From Paludibacteraceae bacterium (lineage in GTDB: Bacteria > Bacteroidota > Bacteroidia > Bacteroidales > Paludibacteraceae), in assembly GCA_045641065.1 (NCBI GenBank), contig JAZUGF010000013.1, positions 1,045-65,044 of the forward strand: a DNA stretch of 64,000 nucleotides, given 5' to 3'. Shown here one piece after another: positions 1-8,772 of this stretch. How positions within the stretch are numbered: position 1 is the first letter of the stretch; every line of letters begins with the position of its first letter. Position numbers and translations under genes: made by a program. Under the pieces are notes generated by a model, which was given only the letters and a program-made list of their open reading frames with translations, made no database searches and was not told the DNA's origin.

Positions 1-2
1 AG

Positions 3-299
3 AAGACAAACCCTAATGTGAAAGTTGTCACATTCTTTAATAAGATTCCAAATCAAGGGAACTTCTTTTCTGGCAGTAAGGCAGAAAAGCAAATTCTTGA
101 TGCTTACAACAAATTGAATGTAGACATTAGAATGGAAAATGGAGTGACTGATTCAATACGAATGAGGTCGTTTGATTGTGTGAACACTGTGTTGCCTATC
201 AGACATAAGTACCTAAAGGGATACGAGAGCGAAGGCTACCACAATGAGGGTAAAATAGGAAGCTTTATTGATGAATTTTATTCAATCATAACAAAATAA
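3..299 (+). CDS. 3' fragment of a gene that starts left of the window (by position possibly the ParA-like traA of a conjugative transposon)
   Basis: The frame stays open from the window edge to the stop at 297-299; the track start at 18 is an internal GTG. It lies directly upstream of the tra block. The fragment itself has no diagnostic motif. Confidence 0.3.
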   Translation, partial: KTNPNVKVVTFFNKIPNQGNFFSGSKAEKQILDAYNKLNVDIRMENGVTDSIRMRSFDCVNTVLPIRHKYLKGYESEGYHNEGKIGSFIDEFYSIITK

Positions 300-303
300 G
301 GAT

Positions 304-801
304 ATGGCAGACAACACTACTGATGTATTTGCAGAATTCGAGGACTTGTTGGCTGAATTGCCACCTGTGCCTGAAGATCGTCCTATGATGGCTCTTACCG
401 AAATCAGAGAATATAGGGAAAAGCAAAGGGAAGAGGAAATGAAAAAATTAAACAATGCATCTTCTCAAAGTACAAATGATCCTAAAGGTGAGACACCAGA
501 AGAAACTTCTTCAGCGACAGAAAAAATGGATCGTTCAAGCAAAAAGAAATTCACGGATCATGATATCAGTGAATTTCATGATGTGTTCTCTTGTGTAAAC
601 CAAACAACGCAAGACTTTGGAACGCAGACAGTAAGACTATACATTCCTGACGTACAGATATTGGCAACATTGTCTAATTGCATAAATAAGAGAATCGCAT
701 TGTCTGATATCATCCATAACATTCTAAGTTTATACTTGGAACAAAATAAGGACAAAGTAAAAGAGACACTTTCAAATAAATTTGCAAATTATACGAAGTG
801 A
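304..801 (+). CDS. Conjugative-element accessory protein, DUF3408-like (traB/traC position)
   Basis: Complete ORF. The C-terminal ~85 aa (F.D..I..F..VF.C.NQ..Q...TQT...Y..D......LS........DI.HNIL.LY.EQNK) is paralogous to the next ORF. The stop overlaps the next start (TGATG). Confidence 0.5.
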   Translation: MADNTTDVFAEFEDLLAELPPVPEDRPMMALTEIREYREKQREEEMKKLNNASSQSTNDPKGETPEETSSATEKMDRSSKKKFTDHDISEFHDVFSCVNQTTQDFGTQTVRLYIPDVQILATLSNCINKRIALSDIIHNILSLYLEQNKDKVKETLSNKFANYTK

Positions 802-1139
802 TGGAAGAAAACATAGAATCAGTTCAGAATGATGTGACAGAAAAAAAAGCATTTACAAACAAAAAAGTATTTGCCGATAACGAGATTGCTACTTTTGATG
901 AAGTTTTCACTTGTAGAAACCAAGACAGTCAGAATCTTGACACGCAAACGACAAAAATGTATGTGTCTGACATAAACAAGATTGTGATGTTGTCTAGACT
1001 CATGCCAAAGAAAATAGGCACACCAGATATTTTACACAATATACTGAACCTATATTTTGAACAGAACAAAGAACATATTAAGGAGATATTTTCTAAAAAT
1101 CTGCCTTTTTCTTTTGCATATGAAGAAGATTCAAAATAG
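801..1139 (+). CDS. Second DUF3408-like paralog (traC position)
   Basis: Shares the motif block of the preceding ORF. An ATG at 801 is preferred over the GTG at 798. A hairpin terminator follows. Confidence 0.5.
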   Translation: MEENIESVQNDVTEKKAFTNKKVFADNEIATFDEVFTCRNQDSQNLDTQTTKMYVSDINKIVMLSRLMPKKIGTPDILHNILNLYFEQNKEHIKEIFSKNLPFSFAYEEDSK

Positions 1140-1222
1140 AAAAGATAAGGATCTGTTGATTCTTAAAATTGCAGAAATCATTTTGACACGAAGATGGACG
1201 GAATAGAAAACAAGTAGATATA

Positions 1223-1255
1223 AGCCGTTAAGGACATTCCCTTAACGGCTATTTT
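1223..1255 (+). terminator. Rho-independent terminator
   Basis: 11-bp perfect stem AGCCGTTAAGG / CCTTAACGGCT with a 6-nt loop, followed by ATTTT. Confidence 0.7.
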
Positions 1256-1300
1256 GATTAAAAAAATTAGGGCAAAATATCATTACTCGTTAAGTTTTTG

Positions 1301-1308
1301 TATTTTTG
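1301..1308 (+). promoter_or_regulatory. Bacteroidetes -7 promoter box (TAttTTTG)
   Basis: Matches the TAnnTTTG consensus 53 nt upstream of the ATG at 1361, after the terminator at 1223-1255. Confidence 0.4.
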
Positions 1309-1360
1309 CACCGTCTTTCAGAAGGACATTATTGCATAATTCATTAAAATAAGAAACATA

Positions 1361-1867
1361 ATGCTCGGAATAGAGAATATATCATGGAGTAGTTTCCTTT
1401 GCGTGACAGTGCCAATAACATTAGCACTGGACGGATTTTTTTCATATCGATGTATAAGCAAAGCTCCTAAAGAAAAGCAAAGTTCTTATACAAACAAAAA
1501 CGACCTTGCCAACGAAGAAGAATCTGCACAATCCGAAGAATATACTGAAATAGAACCTGAAAATGCAACTGCGTTTGATGACAACTATGAAGACATTCCA
1601 GATATGACACAATCTGAAGATGCCCTTTCTCAGTTGGCAGACGATCTTGTTGCTCAGGCAGAAGCTGTCAGTCAAAATGACGCTTCTATAGATATAGAAG
1701 ACATCTATTCGGAAGTAGAAGCTTCGGCTGAAGAATCCGCAGATGACAATGAAGAAGAAACTGTTCCTGTTCAGGTAGAATCAAACGAACAAACATTCTC
1801 TGAGACCAGAAATACTCAGGAATTACAAGAATACGAGAGTATTGGAAACAATTTTCATTGGAATTAA
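1361..1867 (+). CDS. Membrane-anchored, extremely acidic protein (traD position), function unknown
   Basis: N-terminal hydrophobic helix, then ~130 aa dominated by D/E/S/Q. First gene of the transcription unit that continues into traE-traM. Confidence 0.4.
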   Translation: MLGIENISWSSFLCVTVPITLALDGFFSYRCISKAPKEKQSSYTNKNDLANEEESAQSEEYTEIEPENATAFDDNYEDIPDMTQSEDALSQLADDLVAQAEAVSQNDASIDIEDIYSEVEASAEESADDNEEETVPVQVESNEQTFSETRNTQELQEYESIGNNFHWN

Positions 1868-1884
1868 TCAATAAACATAATTAT

Positions 1885-2208
1885 ATGAATACACAAAAGA
1901 AGAACCTCTTGAAATGGGGTATGGTGGCATTGTGCTTGTCACTTGCTACTAATTCGTATGCAGATCTTGACGCATCTGCTCTAAATCAACAGATTTCTAC
2001 AACAACAGATACACTCAAAGGTCTTGGAAAAGGACTTTTGACATTGGTCCAGGTATGCTGTGGTTTGGCTTCTATCTATGGTATCTTGACTGTAGTAAAG
2101 AAGCACTTGTCTAACGAGCAGGATGCAAATAAAGCTCTTACTGGTTGGGTAGGTGGAGTGTTGATACTTACTGCACTAAGCTCTTTGGTTAAAGCTCTAT
2201 TCTTCTAA
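1885..2208 (+). CDS. traE: TraE-like (DUF4134-type, pilin-like) conjugal transfer protein
   Basis: 107 aa with a signal peptide (…SYA/DLD) and two hydrophobic helices. Sits immediately before traF/traG. The ATG at 1885 is preferred over 1858. Confidence 0.6.
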   Translation: MNTQKKNLLKWGMVALCLSLATNSYADLDASALNQQISTTTDTLKGLGKGLLTLVQVCCGLASIYGILTVVKKHLSNEQDANKALTGWVGGVLILTALSSLVKALFF

Positions 2209-2212
2209 TCAG

Positions 2213-2518
2213 ATGTTTCACATCACAAGTGTAGGAGTAGGCAAATACCCAGTGTTCTGGGGACTTCAAATGCGATGGGCAATATTGGGACTCTCAATCT
2301 TTTTTGGGAGTTTCATATTGTTTATTGTATTACAGATGTTTAGTATCGTCCTTGCCCTTGGAGTCTGCATTCCCTTAGTTCTAATAGGAATCTATATCTC
2401 ATATTCGTTCAATAAGAAATATGGAACAAGAGGATTCAGCAAATTTCTTGCCAACAGGAAACTCCATACAGGGGTTCATTACAAGTCTGCATTTCAGGAT
2501 ATTATAATCAGCAAATAA
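2213..2518 (+). CDS. traF: TraF-like (DUF4133-type, VirB3-like) conjugal transfer membrane protein
   Basis: 101 aa with two TM helices, directly after traE. Confidence 0.55.
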   Translation: MFHITSVGVGKYPVFWGLQMRWAILGLSIFFGSFILFIVLQMFSIVLALGVCIPLVLIGIYISYSFNKKYGTRGFSKFLANRKLHTGVHYKSAFQDIIISK

Positions 2519-2519
2519 G

Positions 2520-3701
2520 ATGGAAGAAGAAAAGGATGAAATATACCGTGTTTTTGAATACAAAGACAATAATCCAATTTTACTGTTGGAAACCGCAGAT
2601 AAGGTAGAAGCTGTTGAATTCATCTTATCCAATTATTCAAGAGACACACTTGAAAGCCAATCAGTTCTTGTTGAATTAAATATTGATTCAAATTTATTTT
2701 GGGAGAATAAACACGAATCTGTGAATATACTAATAAACAAATCCATATCAGATTGTCTTTCGAAATTGAATGGTTTTGTTATGCCTTATTTGAACATACA
2801 AAATGTAAAAATCATCGAATTTGAAAAAAAGCAATTTAATTTTAACAGAAATGAAAGTGTTGTAAAAAAAGAACTTAGCATTATAGCAAAACAGTTGAAT
2901 CTCAACACGACAATTTTTGATATTCCTCAATTAGGAAATGTTTATATACCAATAAAAGCCATTAACAAATTTCTAGATAAATCAGCAAGCAATAAGAGTG
3001 TTGATTATAATACACATTATTCTGTAATGTATAAACTCCTTGATATAATAAAAAAAACAAAAATTGTAGAAATTCACTCTAACTATAACAAAAACGAAGC
3101 AACTGAAATCAGAAGTCCTAAGGAAGGTTTTACAGGAAATCTTGCATTTATTAGGTCTTATGGAGCTATCAAATCAAGTAATGAGAAAGAAGTATTATGG
3201 ATAAAATTGTCTTTAAAACATATCTTGGATAGAAAAGATTGTGTTACAAAAAATTTATATAGTTACGAAGTCGAATGTTTGGAGGTAGATAAAAAAGAAA
3301 AAATTGAATCGGCTGTTCCCCATCATGTCGAACCGAGTACAACAACCCAATGTACGTATCGATTAAACCCCTCGATGGCATACGATTCAATTTCTTTGGC
3401 AAATTTATTACATAATGTTGAAAAATCCTACGACAAAGGCAAAAATATTCTCGATGCAAGCAAAGAATCTGAAAAATTACTCATAGAACCAGGAAATAAC
3501 ATTCTAAAAGAGTATTTGCGTCAGAATAATTTTTTGGATAGAGAAACACAAGAAAAGATAGTAAATGACAAAGGTATACATATAACGACAAATGTAGATA
3601 TACGATTGAATTCCGAAATAGAGACTATAAAAGATAAACAGGAGTCTCAGCAGGAAGACCAGGAAGAGTCAAATACAAAAAGCGTAAGAAAAAAAAGATG
3701 A
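2520..3701 (+). CDS. Hypothetical 393-aa K/N/E-rich protein inserted between traF and traG
   Basis: Long uninterrupted ORF tightly packed with its neighbours (2-nt gap after traF, 4-nt overlap with the next ORF). I recognise no family motif. Confidence 0.6.
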   Translation: MEEEKDEIYRVFEYKDNNPILLLETADKVEAVEFILSNYSRDTLESQSVLVELNIDSNLFWENKHESVNILINKSISDCLSKLNGFVMPYLNIQNVKIIEFEKKQFNFNRNESVVKKELSIIAKQLNLNTTIFDIPQLGNVYIPIKAINKFLDKSASNKSVDYNTHYSVMYKLLDIIKKTKIVEIHSNYNKNEATEIRSPKEGFTGNLAFIRSYGAIKSSNEKEVLWIKLSLKHILDRKDCVTKNLYSYEVECLEVDKKEKIESAVPHHVEPSTTTQCTYRLNPSMAYDSISLANLLHNVEKSYDKGKNILDASKESEKLLIEPGNNILKEYLRQNNFLDRETQEKIVNDKGIHITTNVDIRLNSEIETIKDKQESQQEDQEESNTKSVRKKR

Positions 3702-3889
3702 AGAATACAATCTTGAATATAAAAAAAGAAATCGATCCATTACAACAGGCGCCGTTCTCGTTAGAGTATCCGACCCCACCTTCGTTGCTTATGGATTCGA
3801 TTCCACTTGCAAAGTTACTAAAAGATTTCTATAAAGATATAAAAAATGAGCAGAATAGTAAAAATAGACGATGTATGTCCGATTTATAA
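3698..3889 (+). CDS. Hypothetical 63-aa protein overlapping the traG start
   Basis: ATGA overlap with the preceding ORF. Shares a P-x(3-5)-DSI-x-LA-x-LL motif with the C-terminal part of the 393-aa protein. Overlaps traG by 44 nt, so coding status is uncertain. Confidence 0.35.
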   Translation: MKNTILNIKKEIDPLQQAPFSLEYPTPPSLLMDSIPLAKLLKDFYKDIKNEQNSKNRRCMSDL

Positions 3890-6374
3890 GATTGAAAATG
3901 GTGTTCTAATCAGCAAAAATGGAGATTTGACAGTAGGATATGAAATATATCTTCCTGAGCTTTGGACATTAGGAGATTCGGATTATGAAAAGATGCATTC
4001 AGACTGGGTAAATTGTATTAAAGATTTACCTGCATACACCATAGTCCATAAACAAGACATTTATTACGATGCTGAATACAAATACGAGGGAAAACAAGAA
4101 ACTTTCCTTCAAAGAGGTTATGCCAGACATTTCAATGGACGACATCATCTTAAACATAAATGCTACCTTTTCTTTACCAAAAGCACAAAGGACGCAATAA
4201 AGAATAGTACAGCTCGCTGGAGTCCTCTATGCAAGACCCTAATTCCTCAAGAGAACTGTGATCCCAATGAGCAAACTGCCTTTTTCAAAGCCGTAGATCT
4301 TGCTATGGCTGGATTCAAAATGTTATCTGATGAGGAAAAGAACATTTGTGTCACATACAGAAAACTATCAACTACTGATTTGGTTGGCACAAAGCAACCT
4401 TGTAAGTTCGGGTTACTCGATCTATATGCCAATTTGTCTTTTGGTCAGGAAGACTTAATTACATTAAATGATATCCATACTGAAGATGGAGACCTAATAA
4501 TAGGAAACAAGCTGGTTTCTATTCATACTTTAGCAGAAAGTGAACAATTGCCATTACATACTGCGACACACAGCTACAATGTCAATTATAGCACACCTCC
4601 GTACTATGTTTGCAATTCATTTGTATCTCCACTTGGGGAAAGGCTTGGATTCGAACATATCTACAATCAATATTTTTTTCTTGAAGACAATATAGATGTC
4701 ATCAAGGACTTGACAAGAAAAAGCAACCTTCTTGGGTCAACAGCTTCTTTAAGTAAAGTAAATGAAGTCACTAAAAAGAGAACAGACGATTTCATTGATC
4801 ACGAAGCAGAAACCAAAGAAAGAATCTGTAGATGTGCTTTTAATATCATCACATGGGATAGGAACGCAAAGAATCTTGAGAAGAAGAACACGAAATTAGA
4901 AAGAGAATTTATCTCTCTTGATTGCAAACAAGTAAGGGTTTCTGATATAGCACCTCAAATTTTCTGGGGTGGAATAGCAGGAGCTGAAAGTTATTACCCG
5001 ATGGACGACACTTTTATCACGTTCGTCAACAACGGATGTGATTTTGTAATAACAGACTCAAATTACAAAGATTGGGTAGATAATAGCAACTTCCATATTA
5101 ACCTATGCGACCGAATTTTCGGAATACCTATCAAGGTGGATCTCGATGACATGCCTATGAAGAACGGATGGATAAGCAATAGAAATAAGGTTATTGTCGG
5201 TCCGTCTGGTAGCGGAAAATCTTTCTTCATCAATAATATGTTGATGCAGTATTACGAAATGAATACACATATCGTAATAGTCGACGTTGGTGATTCATAT
5301 CAAGGATTATCTAACCTAATCAAAGAGGAAACTAACGGAAAAGATGGAACATATTTTACATACAAAGAAGATGATCCTATCCAGTTCAATCCCTTCTTTG
5401 TGTCTGATAATGTATATTCAGAAGAAAAAATCGGTACTCTTGTAAGTCTGATATCATTGCTCTGGAAAGGTGACGAAAAGACGTCTCAAACCGAATATAC
5501 ATTTTTGAAGATGTCAATAAACAATTATATTGACTATATTTTATTGGGTACTGTCAAACCAAATTTAAATTCTTATTATGAATATCTAGATAAGGAATTT
5601 CGTGAATACTTATCTATTCAAAAAGATAAAGTAACCGATTCCGAATTTAATATAGGCAATTTACTTCACAATTTACAGCCATACTATAAAGGAGGGAAAT
5701 ACGACTTTCTTCTGAACAGTGAAAAAGAGTTAAACTTATTGAAAGATAGATTCATTGTATTTGAGCTGGATAATATCAAAGAGAACAAAACTCTTTTTCC
5801 TATCGTATCTCTTATTATCATGGACACATTTGTTGAGAAGATGCGTAAACTGAACAATAACAACATACGAAAGTTTATGTTGATCGAGGAAGCTTGGCAA
5901 GCATTGTCTAAGGAGAATATGGCTGAATTTGTCAAATATCTTTTCAAGACAGTGCGTAAGTTCTTTGGCGAGATTGCCGTTGTGACTCAGGAAGTCAAGG
6001 ATCTTGTCGGCAACAAAATAGTCCAGGATGTATGTGTGAGTCAAGCAGACACAAAAATACTTCTTGATTTCTCTGGCTATAAAGAGAATATGCAACCTAT
6101 ACAAGAAGCGTTAGGTCTAAGCAAAGAAGAGATTGCTATTCTTTTATCGGTCAATAAAAAACTCGACTTCAACAACAGAAACAGATATAAGGAGGTGTTT
6201 GTATCCGTTAAGAAAAAAAGTCAGGTTTTCGCTACCGAGGTGAGCAATGAAGAGTATATGGCATACACGACTGAGCGACCAGAGAAAGCGACTTTGTTCA
6301 ATATAAAAAGAGAAAAGAACTGTTCTATGGCTCAAGCTATAGAATTATATGTAAAACATAAAAGGAAAATATAA
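3846..6374 (+). CDS. traG: TraG, VirB4-family T4SS ATPase of Bacteroidetes conjugative transposons
   Basis: 842 aa with Walker A GPSGSGKSF and the Walker-B-like FMLIEEAWQ. The N-terminus (PIYKIENGVLISKNGDLTVGYEI) is typical of the TraG N-terminal domain. Confidence 0.9.
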   Translation: MSRIVKIDDVCPIYKIENGVLISKNGDLTVGYEIYLPELWTLGDSDYEKMHSDWVNCIKDLPAYTIVHKQDIYYDAEYKYEGKQETFLQRGYARHFNGRHHLKHKCYLFFTKSTKDAIKNSTARWSPLCKTLIPQENCDPNEQTAFFKAVDLAMAGFKMLSDEEKNICVTYRKLSTTDLVGTKQPCKFGLLDLYANLSFGQEDLITLNDIHTEDGDLIIGNKLVSIHTLAESEQLPLHTATHSYNVNYSTPPYYVCNSFVSPLGERLGFEHIYNQYFFLEDNIDVIKDLTRKSNLLGSTASLSKVNEVTKKRTDDFIDHEAETKERICRCAFNIITWDRNAKNLEKKNTKLEREFISLDCKQVRVSDIAPQIFWGGIAGAESYYPMDDTFITFVNNGCDFVITDSNYKDWVDNSNFHINLCDRIFGIPIKVDLDDMPMKNGWISNRNKVIVGPSGSGKSFFINNMLMQYYEMNTHIVIVDVGDSYQGLSNLIKEETNGKDGTYFTYKEDDPIQFNPFFVSDNVYSEEKIGTLVSLISLLWKGDEKTSQTEYTFLKMSINNYIDYILLGTVKPNLNSYYEYLDKEFREYLSIQKDKVTDSEFNIGNLLHNLQPYYKGGKYDFLLNSEKELNLLKDRFIVFELDNIKENKTLFPIVSLIIMDTFVEKMRKLNNNNIRKFMLIEEAWQALSKENMAEFVKYLFKTVRKFFGEIAVVTQEVKDLVGNKIVQDVCVSQADTKILLDFSGYKENMQPIQEALGLSKEEIAILLSVNKKLDFNNRNRYKEVFVSVKKKSQVFATEVSNEEYMAYTTERPEKATLFNIKREKNCSMAQAIELYVKHKRKI

Positions 6375-7036
6375 TGGGAAAAATCATTTCATTAATTGTA
6401 GGAGTGTTGCTGTCCATACAAATGTATGGGCAACCTGTGACTGTTGTCGATGGATCTGCCTTCGGACAACGTATCGCATCCATGTCAGCTGATGCAGAGA
6501 ATGCTCTCAACAACTTAGAGCAACTTCTTAACCAGGCAAACCAAATGGAGGCACAAGTTTTAAGAATGGATAGCTTAAAAAACAAAGTGACCAAAGTGTC
6601 AAACCGAATTAAAATGCTATCACGATTCACTGACCTTATTCAGACATCTCAAAATGCTGTTTCTTCATTAAGATATAGCACAGAAGTTATAAGTTCCTCA
6701 CCTTATCTTACTCTTAAAGAAAAAACAGCTCTTTTATTGTATACGACTAAATTGGTAGACAATATAATTGAGGATGTTACACAGATAAAAGAATTGATAG
6801 AACATCCAGAGAAGAGCGAAATGAGTGAACATGAACGTTACAATGAAATAACTAAGTATGATGCTCAAATCAACAACTCTATTGAGACTCAAAATAGGGT
6901 GGTAAGAAAAGTAAAAGAAATAGAATATGAAAAAGAATCTTCAATGATGAGAAAGAACTCTTTTTCTACATATGAGATTTACGCAAAAAACAACAAACAG
7001 ACAACACAAAAACAAACTAAAAAAATAAACTGGTAA
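6374..7036 (+). CDS. Secreted coiled-coil protein at the traH/traI position (TraI/DUF4141-like)
   Basis: Signal peptide and a predicted coiled-coil. TAATG overlap with traG. Assigned mainly by position. Confidence 0.45.
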   Translation: MGKIISLIVGVLLSIQMYGQPVTVVDGSAFGQRIASMSADAENALNNLEQLLNQANQMEAQVLRMDSLKNKVTKVSNRIKMLSRFTDLIQTSQNAVSSLRYSTEVISSSPYLTLKEKTALLLYTTKLVDNIIEDVTQIKELIEHPEKSEMSEHERYNEITKYDAQINNSIETQNRVVRKVKEIEYEKESSMMRKNSFSTYEIYAKNNKQTTQKQTKKINW

Positions 7037-7038
7037 CT

Positions 7039-8124
7039 ATGCTACTTCAATTATCAAGTACGCTTAATGAATATATAGCGTCTCCTTTTAAGGATTCGGT
7101 TCAAGACATAATGACCAAGGTGATTGATAATTATCTTGGCAATTTCATAACTGTAAGTCAAGTTGTTTGTGGAATAGGTGCTGTATTTTACATCGGTTCT
7201 ATTCTATCAAAGGTGCTTGCTAGCGGAGGTGAGGAAAAATTGGATTTATGGAAATTGTCTCGTCCTGTTGGAATTTTTCTTCTTATTGCGTCGTGCCGAT
7301 TGGTTTGTCCTGCTGTCGACTTTATAATAGAAAAACCTCTGATTGCCCTAACTGAAACATCACATAAGGCACAACAAGAAAAAATATCTTCAAAAAGAAG
7401 AATGTTAGAAGATAAAAAAACAGCAGTGACTCAAGAAAAGCAAAGTACGGAAAGCGACGAACCTTCTAACCTTGGGACAAAAATATCTAATGCCTTCACG
7501 GAAGTGTGGGATGGTGTCTCTGGTAACTTGGATTTTGGAACAGTTATAACAAACAAGATATGGTATCTATTTGAATGTATAGCGGATATATTTATGAGTG
7601 TGGCAAAATTGGTGATCATAATGATATCGTCGTTATATAAGATAATACTTACAATATTCGCACCGTTTGCATTCGCACTTAGCATGTTTCCATATTTCCA
7701 CGACAACATTAAGCACTGGTTCGGGCGATATATCCATGCGTCGTTATGGATTCCTATTTCTTATGTTTTAGAGTTAGTCCAAAATTGTTGCACAGAATCC
7801 TTTCTCGACAAACAAATTGACTTCTACAATAAAGTACAAAGTTCAGGGACTTATGATGTGATGTCCTCTGGTGATGGATTTCAATGTTTTACAGGAATCG
7901 TGTTGTCTATCGTCATAGGTTGTATGTATCTGTCTATTCCTACAATCGCATCTGCAATCATATCAAGTGCAGGAGGAGAATTTATGTCAGGCACTGCCAT
8001 GACTGCTGTATCTTGGATGGGAAAAACGGCAGGAGCGGTTGTTAACCTACCAGCAAAAACTGTAAAAACAGTTAATACGGTATCTGATGCAGTCGATAAA
8101 CTCAAAGCAAAATTAGGTAAATAA
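7039..8124 (+). CDS. traJ: TraJ, VirB6-like polytopic T4SS membrane protein
   Basis: 361 aa with multiple TM helices. Size and position match TraJ. Confidence 0.7.
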   Translation: MLLQLSSTLNEYIASPFKDSVQDIMTKVIDNYLGNFITVSQVVCGIGAVFYIGSILSKVLASGGEEKLDLWKLSRPVGIFLLIASCRLVCPAVDFIIEKPLIALTETSHKAQQEKISSKRRMLEDKKTAVTQEKQSTESDEPSNLGTKISNAFTEVWDGVSGNLDFGTVITNKIWYLFECIADIFMSVAKLVIIMISSLYKIILTIFAPFAFALSMFPYFHDNIKHWFGRYIHASLWIPISYVLELVQNCCTESFLDKQIDFYNKVQSSGTYDVMSSGDGFQCFTGIVLSIVIGCMYLSIPTIASAIISSAGGEFMSGTAMTAVSWMGKTAGAVVNLPAKTVKTVNTVSDAVDKLKAKLGK

Positions 8125-8141
8125 CTATAAAAGGAAGAAAC

Positions 8142-8768
8142 ATGGAATTCAAAAATCTAATTAACATAGAATCGGCATTTAAGCTGAGCAAAGGTATCAC
8201 ATTTGCCACTATAGCCATGTGTGCAATAATCAGTTGCTCCGCCATTTTTATGAGTCTACAGTATGCTGAGGAACAAAGACAAAAGATTTATGTCCTTGAC
8301 AATGGTAAGTCTCTTATCCTCGCACTTCAGCAAGATGTTCAGATGAATAGAGAAGCGGAGATTAAGAGCCATGTCAAACGATTTCACGAGCTCTTCTTTA
8401 CGCTTACTCCAAATCAGGAAGCGATAGATTATAACATCAACCAAGCCTTGTATTTAGCAGATAATAGCGTGTTGGAATTCTACAAAAACCAACAAGAGAA
8501 AGGGTTTTATAAGTCTTTGATAGGAAGTAACGTAATAGGAGACATAAGGGTTGATTCTGTTATAGTCAAAACCGACTGCTATCCATACAAAGCGATTATG
8601 TACGGAAAAACTTCTTATATGCGTACTTCATCCATAACATATTTTAGTCTGATCACAACTCAAACACTTGTAAATGTGCAGAGATATGATAACAATCCTC
8701 ATGGTCTGATGATTGAAAACTGGAAAGTGGAACTTAACGAACAGATTGGAGAACCTCGCAAAAGATAA
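8142..8768 (+). CDS. traK: TraK conjugal transfer protein
   Basis: 208 aa with an N-terminal membrane anchor. Size and position between traJ and traM. Confidence 0.7.
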   Translation: MEFKNLINIESAFKLSKGITFATIAMCAIISCSAIFMSLQYAEEQRQKIYVLDNGKSLILALQQDVQMNREAEIKSHVKRFHELFFTLTPNQEAIDYNINQALYLADNSVLEFYKNQQEKGFYKSLIGSNVIGDIRVDSVIVKTDCYPYKAIMYGKTSYMRTSSITYFSLITTQTLVNVQRYDNNPHGLMIENWKVELNEQIGEPRKR

Positions 8769-8772
8769 GCCT

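Noticed and set aside
8713-8772. The upstream start for traM given in the ORF track.
   Set aside because: It would overlap traK by 56 nt. An ATG at 8773, directly after the traK stop, gives a normal N-terminus followed by the TM anchor.
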